Shown: positions 38,439-50,516 of the stretch, one piece after another
Position numbering within the stretch: the first letter of the stretch is position 1
How the letters are laid out: each line of letters begins with the position of its first letter
The notes under the pieces: model-generated
Databases searched by the model: none
Told to the model about the DNA's origin: nothing
The model's input: the letters and a program-made list of their open reading frames with translations, nothing else
Program-made: the position numbers and the translations under genes
NCBI RefSeq assembly: GCF_030684315.1
Contig: NC_081369.1
Location: 28,045,754-28,109,753, forward strand
Origin: Stegostoma tigrinum
Taxonomy: Eukaryota
Length of the DNA stretch: 64,000 bases
Reading direction: 5' to 3'

Positions 38439-38510
38439 TTCGCCACCGTCCCGTCGCCGGCTGTAAGCAGGAGATGTACTCGGTCAACCTCCTCTCGAAA
38501 GCCTTGAGAT
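38439..38510 (-). CDS. CNEP1R1: CNEP1R1 exon 2
   Basis: 72 nt; (D)[23 protein letters not shown]; acceptor ttgcag, donor GTGAGT. Confidence 0.97.
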
Positions 38511-38638
38511 CTGCAACAAAAGACAGCAACAACACGTCTAATTCAGAGAAGGCTCTGTACAGTACAGCTGACACAGCACCACCCCCAACCCAGGATCCAA
38601 CCCGAGGTGACAACTCACCATCCCCAACCCCAACTTAC

Positions 38639-38663
38639 CTTCAGCTTGTTCCAGAGAATTCAT
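38639..38663 (-). CDS. CNEP1R1: CNEP1R1 exon 1 (start codon)
   Basis: 25 nt; MNSLEQAE; donor GTAAGT. Confidence 0.96.
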
Positions 38664-41264
38664 CACCACAGTTACAGCCGCCACCAGGCGTAACAGCAAC
38701 AACACAACCAGTCAACACCACCTGGACAGCCGCCGTGCAACGCTCACCATCAGCCTTCCCTCCGCTCCCCCCGCTATCAGCCTCCAGAGGCCACGTCTGA
38801 TTGGTCACTCGCGACAGATTGCGCACCCATCATGTAAATGGGGTCCTGATTGGCCGCGGGGTGGCGTCAGGTGAAACAGTTGCGGAGCTGCGGGGGTGTT
38901 GGGTGTTTCCGGTTCCGGGTTGCTGACCGAGCCGACTGAAAGCAGACGGAGGTGAATTGCGGCTTCATTTTAATCTGAGGTGACGGCAGGGACGCAGAGG
39001 AAGAGAATGGGATAGTGCCGCCCCGGGGTTGGCGGGCGGGGAGGGAGGAGAGTGGATCTCTGTGCCGGATCCTCTTCAACCGGCCTATCCGTTTTCTGAT
39101 CGCTGTATTTATTTATTTATTTATATTTATTTGGTTGGTTTCGCAGCGCCCGCACAGGGTTTTGCTTTTGACGGCAGGCTTTTCCTTTGTTTCGGTTCGG
39201 GCGGCCGTGAGGCTCCGGGCCCCTCCCGCAGCAGTTCGGCCTCTGACGGAGGGAGGCCTTGGGACCGCTGGTTCTGTCGGCGCCCGGATAGTTTGCTGGC
39301 TGGCGGCTGGCTTGCCTAGTAGGCCCCTGTTCCGGTTAATTTAAATCCGCCTGGCCGAAGCAGACTCGGGCCTGTCATCCGAAACTTTTATTTGGCCCCC
39401 GAGTCGGAGGCCATGTTGTGAAGTCGCCCGTTTTCCCAGGGGTTGTCCTTCTCCCCCACCCCACCGGTGTTGTGGTCAGTTTTCGACACTCACCGAGGAA
39501 CAGATGCCAAAGCGGCGCCGTTACACACGGTTTGCATTGCACGGTTTTTTTTAAAATATATGACTCTTAGCACACTTAGGGGCAAAATGCCAACGATTTT
39601 CCTACTATTCCGCACTCGTATTTAAAATGTGTAATCGATGTAGAAATGTGCTTTCGATGTTAACTTTCACAAGTCCAACAATTACAAATTTTGGTGATTT
39701 GAAATAAAAACGCACAACACTCGGAATACTTGGGCCTGTCTAAATTAGGGCAAATGGTAAATTAGCATTATTAAACTCTCCATTCTGTGACTACGTTAAT
39801 CTCGTCTTTTTCCATCGTTTGAAGATTGAAGAATCAGCAACATAAATTGAGAAGTTCTCCTTATTTCTAATTACCTTAACGGGTGAGTTCTGATTTATAG
39901 TTCTAATCTTTTAGAATGTGTCCAATTGTTTTGGGAGGTTGCATAGAAATACCCTTGATAATCTTGAAATTATACTGACGAATGAAATATTTTCTTGTCA
40001 CATGGATTCAAAATTTAACCTTGTATTTTAATCTGGTAATGGTAGGTGCTTGCCTGGACATCGCTTCAAGTTTGGTTATCAAGATATTTAATACATTAAT
40101 GAAGACAACTATTTTGAAACAAGGCGTTGAATGATTTTTATGTTTTTTGAGTAGTTAAAGTTGATTTTTGATGGTGCAGGAAGTTTTAAATATGTGTACA
40201 CTGGATTGTCTTTTGTTACCTGATTGCCTCAGCACTTGAAAATTGTTCAGAAGTACCATTCTGCATAAGTATCATCAGGGGGATCAGTTTCCTGAGAGTT
40301 TCAACATAATTGTTTTATTGAGATTTGCTTCTTTAAAAAACGAAATATTTACCTAGTTATAAACTGCATTTCATGTTTGAAGATTCTGTTTATTACACTT
40401 TTAATTGTCACTGTAATAGGTGGTTGAAAAGGGTGGTGGGATAGTTTTTCCACGTGTGATCTGTTAATATCTGGTGAAGTTTGTTAATGGCTTATTCATT
40501 AATCAAGAGGGTGATGAAAATGGAAACAGTCAAAAAATTGCACTTGAAAGAGATTAACTTGTGGGGCTGTGGGATCAACTGCAGGTGTGACGGACTGATG
40601 TGCTCTGGGGAGTTGGCAGCAGCTTAACTGGCTTCTGTACCATAAATGATGTCTAAGACACGAATATGCTCACGCAAATACGTGTTATACTCTGGATAAT
40701 AATCTTAGGTAGCGACTATGTTCATGATATGAAAATTTTCATTTTCAAACTTAGGCTGTTTTGTATGCTTCTTTCCTCCCACTCTTCCATCAGCTGAAAC
40801 CGGATATTTAAAACTTAAATTTGAAATTATTTGAACATCCCGGTAGTTAGCATCTGAAAAGTGGGAAGACAGGTCACCATGTTACTACGGGTGTGAAGGC
40901 TTAAATCAGAGCTTGAGTCTAAATTTGTTAGCCATCAAAATTTAAGGGCTGCCTGCAGTCAGCTTTCAAAACATTTTCGTTTGGGTTTGAGGAGAAAAAC
41001 AGAAGGGAAGATTGTTTAGAATTGGACACACCAATCTTGGATAGGGCTAAGTGGGCTAAGAGACTGATAAATGTTCAATTGACTGAGATTTATGTAAACT
41101 TTGGGAATTGGTAAGTAAAATACCTGAAGGTGTTTTCAAACCAAAACTGATTGGGGAAATAGAATGCAAAAATAAGCTGCAAATGCTTCCAGTTATGTGG
41201 TATCCCAAAGTTTGAAATTTGTCAAAATATTCTTGGCTGGGAGTTCAAAACTAATACAGAATGA

Positions 41265-41450
41265 GAAAACAATGTAGAGCTGGAGGAACACAATCGGTCA
41301 AGCCACTTCAGAGGAGTAGGAAAGTTGACGTTTTGGGGCCAGGACCCTTCTTCACTTCTGAAGAAAGGCCCTGACCCGAAATAACAAATTTCCTACTCTG
41401 CCTGACCGCCTGTTATCTATGACTGCAGCATCTGCAGTTCTTACTATCCC
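41265..41450. mobile_element. Short Penelope-derived inverted-repeat element with two opposed hammerhead-like cores
   Basis: acgttttggggccaggacccttcttca (minus core) next to ctgaagaaaggccctgacccgaaa (plus core, 41358-41381). Confidence 0.65.
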
Positions 41451-42107
41451 ACAGTTTAACTTGTCTAGCACGTGGAATTTAGGGCCTATGTATTACGCAA
41501 GCGTCTTTTAAGTATATAGCACACGGAATGAAAATGGAAAATGAAGATGTGTCTTGATACACCAAGTGTTATGTCAAAAAGTTTACACAGTGATCTGTAG
41601 GATCTATCATCCTGTTTAGGTTTATAATTAGATGGCATTTTGCAGTTGGAAAATCCTGCTTGATGCCGTACTCACTTTAGATCACTTAGATCACTCAGCC
41701 ACTAGAGTTGCACAAGACAGAAATATAATTGTTTGATTGGGATGATGTTGCTGGTGTTGTGAAGATGTTGCAGCACTAACTACTTCATACTGTTTCCATA
41801 TAATACAAGCAGAGGTATTGGCTATGTCTGATATTCTCAATTTATTTGAAGGAACAGGGAGGGTTTCTTTGTAATTGGTTTTGGAACCTTTGCATCCCTG
41901 GACGTATTATGCTGCTTAATATCCTGCTTTTGGCTAAACTTCATTTTGATATTGCGTACGTCCCCTACAATTATAGTATTGTTCTACTGGAACAAAAATA
42001 ATTGAGGGTAGTGGATAACTTCCAAATGAAGCATATGCCAATAGACTGTTAGATCTTTGAAACAGTGCGTTAGTTTATTAGCTGGTTTACTATTTCCGTA
42101 GGCAAAG

Positions 42108-42166
42108 ATGTCTACTTGGATAAAACCGAGGGGAGGTCCATCACACAGACCCAGCCCAGATGGAAG
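42108..42166 (+). CDS. NCOA5-like protein, first coding exon
   Basis: Acceptor ttccgtag ends at 42101; ATG at 42108; MSTWIKPRGGPSHRPSPDG(S); donor GTAAGG; phase chain closes to a 1167-nt CDS. Confidence 0.72.
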
Positions 42167-42497
42167 GTAAGGATGATTTATTAAGGTGTAGATGTTTAGA
42201 TTAATATTGATAGCTGGTGCTGCACAAGTCCGGCAATGAAAGTTGGTTGGATCAGGACTCAAATCACTAAACTAACTTGGTTTAATAAGGATAATTATAA
42301 ATTTAATTAGCGTATATTGTGAAAAATGAATCCATATTACCTATTTTCAACTGTTAACTTAGCTGTATCTTTGAATTTCTGACTGAATTTTACACTCCAG
42401 TTGCACAAAGAATGAGGTTTTTAAGCTAATTTATGGAAGACGATTTTAACAAAAGGCTAGAGATTAACTTTGTATTTTCTTTTGTTCTCTTTTCTAG

Positions 42498-42545
42498 TTC
42501 CTATGCAACAGCGGAATACAATGTTCCGAGAGAATCCTTACCAAG
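42498..42545 (+). CDS. NCOA5-like coding exon 2
   Basis: 48 nt, phase 2-2; SYATAEYNVPRESLP; long polypyrimidine tract plus ctag; donor GTATGA. Confidence 0.68.
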
Positions 42546-42683
42546 GTATGAAAAGTTAATTCTGGGATAACAAAATAAATTGTCCAATTGCATTTGCAAT
42601 AACACTTTTTTTGTTCTGGAATGTGGGGCATCAGTTTGCCCAAGACTGGTGTAAAAGGGATAGGTTTTGTTTGATAAATCACA

Positions 42684-44345
42684 GGTAGGACTTAGACATT
42701 TAATGGTAGGCCCCTGGATAATGGTGTTGAACTGAGATACCTAGGGGTTCAGGTACACAATTCTTCAACAGTTACGTTGCAGGTGCACAGTAAGGGGTTA
42801 AGGCATTCAGCACGTTTGCATTCATTGTTCAGACCTTTGTGCATTGGAGTTGGGTGTTGTGTTGAGGTTGTACAGGACGTTGATGAAATCACTTGTGGAG
42901 TACTGTGTACAGTTCTGAATGCCCTCCTATAGGGTGGATATTATTAAGTTGGAGAGGATTCTGAAAAGCTTTACCAAGATGAGTGGTGTTCCACAGGGCT
43001 CTGTCCTTGGGCCTCTACTGTTTGTAATTTTTATTAATGACTTGGATGAGGGGATTGAAGGATGGGTCAGCACGTTTGCAGACGACACAAAGGTTGGAGG
43101 TGTCGTTGACAGTATAGAGAGCTGTTGTAGGCTGCAGTGGGACATTGACAGGATGCAGAGACGGGCTGAGAGGTGGCAGATGGAGTTCAACCCGGATAAA
43201 TGCGAGGTGATGCATTTTGGAAGGTCGAATTTGAAAGCTGAGTACAGGATTAAGGATAGGATTCTTGGCAGTGTGGAGGAACAGAGGGATCTTGGTGTGC
43301 AGATACATAGATCCCTTCAAAATGGCCACCCAAGAGGACAGGGTTGTTAAGAAAGCATATGGTGTTTTGGCTTTCATTAACAGGGGGATTGAGTTTGAGT
43401 CATGAGATCTTGTTGCAGCTCCATAAAACTTTGGTTAGACCGCACTTCGAATACTGCGTCCAGTTCTGGTCACCCTATTATCGGAAAGATATGGATGCTT
43501 TGGAGAGGGTTCAGAGGAGGTTTACCACGATGCTGCCTGGACTGGAGGGCTTTTCTTATGAAGAGAGGTTGACTGAGCTTGGACTTTTTCCATTGGAGAA
43601 AAGGAGGAGGAGTGGGGACCTAATTGAGGTACACAAGATAATGAGAGGCATAGATAGAGTTGATAGCCAGAGACTATTTCCCAGGGCAGAAAAGGCTAAC
43701 ACGAGGGGTCATAGTTTTAAGCTGGTTGGAGGAAAGTATAGAGCGGATGTCAGAGGTAGGTTCTTTACACAGAGAGTTATGAGAGCATGGAATGCGTTGC
43801 CAGCAGCAGTTGTGGAAGCAAGGTCATTGGGGTCATTTAAGAGACTACTAGACATGCATATGGTCACAAATTTGAGGGTGCATACATGAGGATCAATGGT
43901 CGGCACAACATCGTGGGCTGAAGGGCCTGTTCTGTGCTGTACTGTTCTATGTTGCTGGGACATGAAGCGTTTGAGCTATAACGATAGGTTGGGACTCTTT
44001 ATCATTGGCTGACTGTGGAGCTTCTTGAAGTCATGAGGTGGGGTAGGTAAGGTAAATAGTGACGGTCTTTTCCCTCGGGTGTGGGATTCAAAATTACGGG
44101 GCTTATTTTTAAGGTAAACTGAGAGGCGACTACTTCACACAGTGGCTGAAATGAGGAATGAACTACCAGAGGAAGTAATAGATGCAGGTACAGTTACAAC
44201 ATGTAAAAGACCTTCAGACAGGTACATGCAAAGGAAGGGTTTAGAGGGATACAGACCAAACATAGGCAAGTGGGGCTAGTTTAGTTTGGGAAACATAGCC
44301 AGCACGGACAAGTTTTACTGGCTCAGTGCTGTGTGACTGTGATGT
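42684..44345 (+). mobile_element. Older CR1 3' fragment (host of a young CR1 insertion)
   Basis: 'EYCVQF*MPSYRVDIIKLERILKSFTKM' resumes as 'LLG' after ~43950. Confidence 0.75.
42982..43951 (+). mobile_element. Young 5'-truncated CR1 LINE (RT domains 4-7 plus 3' tail)
   Basis: SGVPQGSVLGPLLFVIFINDLD...FADDTKVGG...WQMEFNPDKCEVMHFG; VRPHFEYCVQFWSP; only about two frameshifts; tail ctgtactgttctatg. Confidence 0.92.
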
Positions 44346-45028
44346 TGTGCAGAAATCATTTGTGTATATATAGTGCATAAAAGCCCTTGTAAAGGTTGTC
44401 TTGGCAGCTTGATCTTTCAATTAGCAACATAAGAATTTTCTGTGAATACTCTGTTGTAACTACATTGAGGATAATAATTCTTATCCTCTGCTTTCCCATT
44501 GCGGGAACACACAAGACTTGTATTGCATCACGTTTGAGGATGATTGTTATTACTGTAAGTATTATGAAACGACTGAATTCAGTAAAACCTTCAATGGTAC
44601 TTTGCTTATTCCACCAATTTTTACTGGTGTTTAATGCCTCCACTTGAGGGCTCAAATTTACAGTATTCACAGCTTTGCTCCAAATCTAGACCTGCTCAAT
44701 GAGTCTAGTGCAACTCTACTTGACTTGTTTTTAATTGAACATGGATGAGTTTAATTTCAGTAAGGGTCAACAGATTAGGGAAGCTTGACTTATTCTTACA
44801 TTACCTTCCAGTAGTACTCTGAACTTGTTTGAGGTGCATCATTGCCACCCCAAATGAGGTTCATTAACTTGCGACTTCTGCACAATTTCATTTCATGATG
44901 TTTTTGGAGTCATCTGTAGGTCTTGTTTTTAAATAGAGATTTCTTGGGTATTGATATCTAGGATATTTAGTTTTAAGATTTTATTTTAAAAGTTAACTAT
45001 TTTGGTTATTGTTTTATGTTCTTCATAG

Positions 45029-45100
45029 TATACTTTCAACTTGGCAAGATCTAGAACAAGACCGATCACCTTTGGGCGTTGCAAGAGTTGATCCCTACAG
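45029..45100 (+). CDS. NCOA5-like coding exon 3
   Basis: 72 nt, phase 2-2; ILSTWQDLEQDRSPLGVARVDPY(R); DRSP and DPYR echo the NCOA5 N-terminus; acceptor ttcatag, donor GTGTGA. Confidence 0.68.
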
Positions 45101-45139
45101 GTGTGAGATAAATAACTTTCTGGTGATCCCAGTGATGAT

Positions 45140-48100
45140 GGTCATAGAGTCAGAGTCCGACAGCATGGAGACGGGGCCCTTTTGGCCCAAACTGGTCCAT
45201 GCCATCCAAATATCCATTCATATTAGTACCATTTCCCTGTACTTAGCCCATATCCTTCTAAACCTTTACTATCCGTGTATTTGTCCAAGGGTTTTTAAAT
45301 GTTGTTAACGTACCCACCTAAACCACTTACAATGGCAGCTCATTCCATTTGCTTACCATCCTCTGTTAAGGAAAAATGTTGCCCTCCCGTGTATTCTTTC
45401 CCCACTTGCCTTAAACTGATGCCGTCTAGCCATTGATTCCCCAACCCTGGAAAAAATATTGTGCATTCACCCTATCCATTGCCTGTCATGATCTTGTACA
45501 CATCTGTAAGATCCTCCCTCAGTCTCCTACATTCCAAAGAAAAAGGTCCAAGCTTGTCCAACCTCTCTATATAATTCAGTACCTGGCAACATTCTTATAA
45601 ATTTCTTCTGCACTCTTTCCAGTGCAATAAAATCTTTCCTATACCAAGGTGACCAAAACGGAACAGAATGCTCCCAAGTGTGGCCTCACCAAAGTCCTGT
45701 ATAACCGCAACATAACTTCCCAATTTCTATTCTCCGTGCCCTGATTGATGAAGGCCGGTGTGCCAAAACCCTCCTTCAGCCCCCTGTCTGACCTGTGCTT
45801 CTACTTTCAGAGAATCATGCACCTGAACTCCTAAGATTCCTCTGTTCCACTACACTCCTTAAGGCCCTACCATTCTCTGTGAAGCTCCCCCTAGATTTGA
45901 TTTTGCAGAATAAAACATATCACACTTGGATCTATTACACTGCATTTGCCATTTCTTAGCCCACTTCCCCAACTGATCAAATCTTGCTGCAATTTCTGAT
46001 AACCTTCCTTGCTGTCTATTTTAGAGTCATCCACAAACTTACTAATCGTGCTTTGTACATTCTCGTCCAAATCATTGATATAGGTAACAAACAGCACACA
46101 AATAGGACCCCTGAGCACATCACTATTCACAGGCCTGCAGTCCGACAAGCACCCTTCCACTATTACACTCTGCTTCCTACCATCAAGCCAACTGTGTATC
46201 CAATTGCCAGCTCTCTCTGGATTCCACGTGCTCTAACCTTCCAGAGCAGCTTACCACGTGGAACCTTATCAACAGCCTTACTGAAATCTGTACAGAGTAT
46301 GTCTACTGCCCTGCCCTCATCAACCTTCCTGGTCACTTCGTCAAAGAACTGTCACAAATTTGTGAGCTCTGTACTCACATGTACAGAGCTATGCTGACTA
46401 TTGATAATCAAACGGTGTTTTTCCAAATGCGTGAATGTCTTATCCTTCAGAATTTTCTCAAGTGACTTACCTACTACAGATATTAGGTGTACTGGTTTAT
46501 AATTTCCACTTTCCAGCCCTTCTTGGTAGCACATGTTGTGCCCTTATCCCTTCAGTCTTTGGAAACCTCATCTGTGGCTGACAATGATGGAAATATACCA
46601 GCCAAGGCCCCTGCAATTTCTTAGCCTCTTGCAGGGTTCTTGGATATATCTGGTGAGGACCAGGAAATTTATCCATCTTCGTACATTCCAATATTTTCAA
46701 CACCACCTCTCCTGTGAATTGGACTATCCCGAAGATATTGCCCCCTAACTTCTCCAAGTTCCCAAGTCGTCTTGTCCGCAGTAAATAGAGGAGCAATATT
46801 CATTTGAGACCTCTGCCATCTCTTGCAGTTCAATACATACATGTCCACTTTAGTCATTGAGTGGTCCTATTCTCTCTCTAGCTATCCTTTTCTCCTTTTA
46901 AAGAATCTCTTTGGATTCACCCTAATCTTCTATCTCGTGTCCCCTTTTCGCCCTCCTGATGTCCTTCTTCAGTAAACTTCTGTATCCCCTATATACCTCC
47001 AGGGATTCCCTTGATCCCAGCTGCCTGTACCTGAGCTGTGCCTCCATTTTTTTTGGGTCAAAGCCTCAATAACTCTCTTGTCATGCAATATTCCCTACTC
47101 TTGCCAACCTTGCTGTTTGCCCTCACGAATGTATCGACCTTGAACTCTAGCATCACACCCTTAAAGGTCTCCCACCTGTCAGAGGTCCCTTTGCCTGCAT
47201 ACAAACTACTCCATTCACCTCCTGCAAGCTTCTGTCTAATTCCATCAAAATTTGCCTTGCTGTAGTTTAGTACTTGAACTTGTAGACTTGTTTTGTCCCC
47301 TTTCATAAGTATTTTAAAATTAATGGCACATGGACACTGGTCCCAAAGTGCTCCCCTACTGTCACCCCAGTTACCTGTCCTGTCTGATTTCCCAACAGCA
47401 GATCGGGTTTTGCCCCTCCCCTGCTTAGGACCTTCTATATACTAATTGAGGAAATGTTCCTGAATACGTAACAAATTCCACCCTATCTAAAGCCTTCGCA
47501 CTATGGCAGTCCCAGTCTGTTAGGAAAATTAAAATGTCCTACTCTGACAACCTCGTTGCACCTCCAAGCCTCTGCAATCTCCATGCAAACATATTCATCT
47601 AATTTGCGTTAACTATTACCTGTCAGCCCTCTTGCATTGAAATAGATACAATATAATCCAACAGGCATTCTACATTCCCTGTCTTGTTCCAGCCTGACTT
47701 GTCTCTTCAACTTGCTATTTCTGATTACTGTGTCTCCTCCCAGCCTCCCACTTGCCTCCCTACTTTGGGGGGTCCTACCCCTACCAATCCAGTTTAAGCC
47801 CTCCGCTGTAGCATTGGCAAATCTGCTTGCCAGGATATTAGCCCCTGTCCAGTTCAGGTGCAACCTGTCCCTCTTGACCAGGTCACCCCTGCCCCAGAAA
47901 ACATCCCAGTGATTTGAAGAATCTGAATCCCTGCAACAAGTCTTTAGCCATGCATTCATCTGCCTTATCCTCCAGTTCTTACCCTCATGAGCACGTGGGA
48001 CTGGAAGTAATCTGAAGATTACCACCATTGAGGCCCTGGTTTTTTTTTTTCTCTAGCTGCCTATAATCACTCTACAGGACTGCATCCTTAATTCTACCTA

Positions 48101-48240
48101 TCCCATTTCTGCCAGTGTGCACAATGACTTCTGGCTGCTCACCTTTCCCCTTGAGAACATTCTGCAGCCCCTCTAAGACATCCTGGACCCTGGCAGCTGT
48201 GAGGCAACACACCCTCCTGAATTCTTGTTTGCTTTTTGTC
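45140..48240 (-). mobile_element. Long degenerate CR1 LINE with ORF1 esterase, ORF2 endonuclease start and RT
   Basis: 'VIVHTGRNGIG' and 'RDRLHLN' (SGNH-esterase-like ORF1), 'CIYFNAR' (APE start), 'GNYKPVHLISVVGK', 'ISKFVDDSKI'; 3' tail at ~45145. Confidence 0.85.
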
Positions 48241-49284
48241 TTCAATGTGAATTTTGGTAATTTCCACATGTAAGTAATGGAGCACTATTTTCTACTTGGA
48301 ATGATTTTTATATAAGTTCCTCGCTGCTCCAGTCAAAACCCACGAAACATTGCAATCCATTTCAGAGCAGGTAATTTTACTTGACCTTCCTGTTAATTTT
48401 TGGTCTTAGGTGTCAATAACTTTACTCATAAAGGCACATAGCAGTCGAAATTTATTTCACTTGCAACCTTTGCATGTCAAATAGAAATTGTATTATAATG
48501 CTCTAAGTAGATCTAATAAAGTCAGCATACTTTATCTACCACACCCTCCATTTTATGATAATTAATAGACTAATGAATGGTTTGTGGTTAAATGGTTTAG
48601 CAGCTCAGTTTACTTTTTATAACATGGATCGGGGATTTTTGGGACTATACTTGATTCTGAGCTTTATCCTTGGGGTTCTTGACTTCTAGAATCAGATTCG
48701 AACTAGTTAGGACTAATTAAGAAATAGCTCTCAATCGTTTACTGATGGAGTAGATTTCTGGATGGAGTCTTGAAAACTAAAGCCACAAAATTTTAGAACC
48801 AATCATCTCTCTCACCTGTCTTAATTCCATCTGTTTTCCCCTCTCTTTATTCCATTTTTGATTTGGTATTAAATAGTCTAACTTAAACTTCCAGGTTTAC
48901 ACTTCGCTGCTTGTGACGACTTAAGTGCTTTCCTTTTTAATTACAAGTTCCGCAGTGTTTTCAGAAGGCATTGCAATGGAATTCCTAACGGCTACACATT
49001 AGTGTAAATTTTGCTTGTATTAGGTCTGTAAACTGCCTTCTATTGTTTTCCCAACTGACTGTGAAATCCCTTGGCAGTGCAAGGAAGGCACATGTGCAAA
49101 GCCAGATCGAAATCCACCTTTATGCATAATTGGAAGTAGACCAAAATAGGAACAGAAGTTGAGCATCTTGCTGTTGAGGCCAATTGCTGTTTTGACCCCA
49201 TATTCCTGAGGGAAAAAATTGTTTAACCGCCAAACATCTTCATTTCTTTGGTTTTATCCAAATTGAGTACCTGCTCCTGAGTGT

Positions 49285-49810
49285 TCTCTACCATTCAACA
49301 AGATCATGACTGAGCTGTTTCTGTTTGGAATTTTCCATGCTTGTCTGCCCCAAGTAACCCTGTGATTCCCCGCCTAACAAGAATCTACATCTTCAGAAGT
49401 ATTGTGACCCCACCTCTTGTCCATTTTGGAGGGTTCCAAAGTGTCTCAACCCGCTAATAACCTTTCTATGCCTCTACCATAATAAGGCACCTGCTAAAAT
49501 GCTGCTCCCAGTTCTGGACCGATCCACCAGATGAAAACATTCTTTCCACATTGACCTTAGCAAGATGTTCAGGATCTTGTCACTCTCAATGTTCTGAACT
49601 CAAATAGAAACAAACCCATCCTGTCTGTCTTATCCTTGTCAGATAACCTGCTCATTCCAGTATTTCAGTTGCAAACTTTCTTTGAATGGTACCCATGAGT
49701 TTCTATCCTTCCTTTAAAAACAGGAGACCAAGACTGCAGGCAGTATTTGAGATGTAATCTTAACAATGTCATATATGACTGAAGCATAAATCTTAGTTTT
49801 GTGTACTGTT
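49285..49810 (-). mobile_element. Old CR1 3' fragment
   Basis: ggagaccaagactgcaggcagtatt is the reverse of the YC.Q.WSP motif. Confidence 0.55.
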
Positions 49811-50439
49811 GATCTCATCATAAATATAGGAGCAGGAAACAACACAGCACCATCCAGTGCTCAGGCCCCATCTTTCCATTCCAACAGGGCTGCAAGCAGG
49901 AATTCATCTTACTAGGCTCAAGTGTGTGGCTATCTAACATTTGGGCAGTTTAAACATCTGAATACCAGCTACTGTTCTTGCATGCATCCAATCCCATCAG
50001 GCTCCAGTGGCTTGATCTCAGATCTTTCCTTGAAAAGGACAGTGGGAAGAGAAGAGGAGCGTTGTAGACTGTGTGGAAAAGAGGTTTTGGGCTAGCATCA
50101 CTGCAAATACCAGTGGCCATTTTAATGGCCATCTCACTGTTCTGGCCAACTACTGTTTCAACCCCAAATTCCTCAGGGGGCAAAAAAAATGTTTAACCAT
50201 TAAATGGCTTCATTTTTGCAGTTTTATCCAAAGTGAATACCTGCTCCTGAGTGAAATGGAGCCTGTAAATGATTGTTCTGCATTAGCAAAATTGTTTTTT
50301 TACTGATGTTCCAAATCACGTTTTTGTCATTTTAACACAAATTTGAAAATAAGTTCACTAAAAGAAAACAAACTAGGTGATTGTATCAGTCGGTGCAAAT
50401 TGGATATCTATTCTTGCTGTTCTCTCTCTTGCTTTTCAG

Positions 50440-50516
50440 GACTCAGGAAGTGTTGGAATATTATGGTGGCTATACTGAACCTTACAGTACAGAGGATTAC
50501 AACTACACTTGGAGCG
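50440..50516 (+). CDS. NCOA5-like coding exon 4
   Basis: 77 nt, phase 2 to 1, which is exactly what links 45100 to 55040; TQEVLEYYGGYTEPYSTEDYNYTWS; strong acceptor, weak donor GTATAT. Confidence 0.65.

Larger units (their letters stand above)
38290..39560. promoter_or_regulatory. CpG island / bidirectional promoter of CNEP1R1 and the NCOA5-like gene
   Basis: Dense CpG in an otherwise CpG-poor window; ATTGG (CCAAT) at 38800 and 38849; tandem TTCCGG ETS sites at 38907 and 38913; GCGTCA at ~38864. Confidence 0.8.

Noticed and set aside
38224-39344. Several 60-109 aa ORFs around the CpG island
   Set aside because: GC-rich sequence lacking stops, overlapping CNEP1R1 exons and promoter; no recognisable protein
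39862-39880. CCTTAAC U12-branch-like motif
   Set aside because: No matching U12 donor or exon; likely chance
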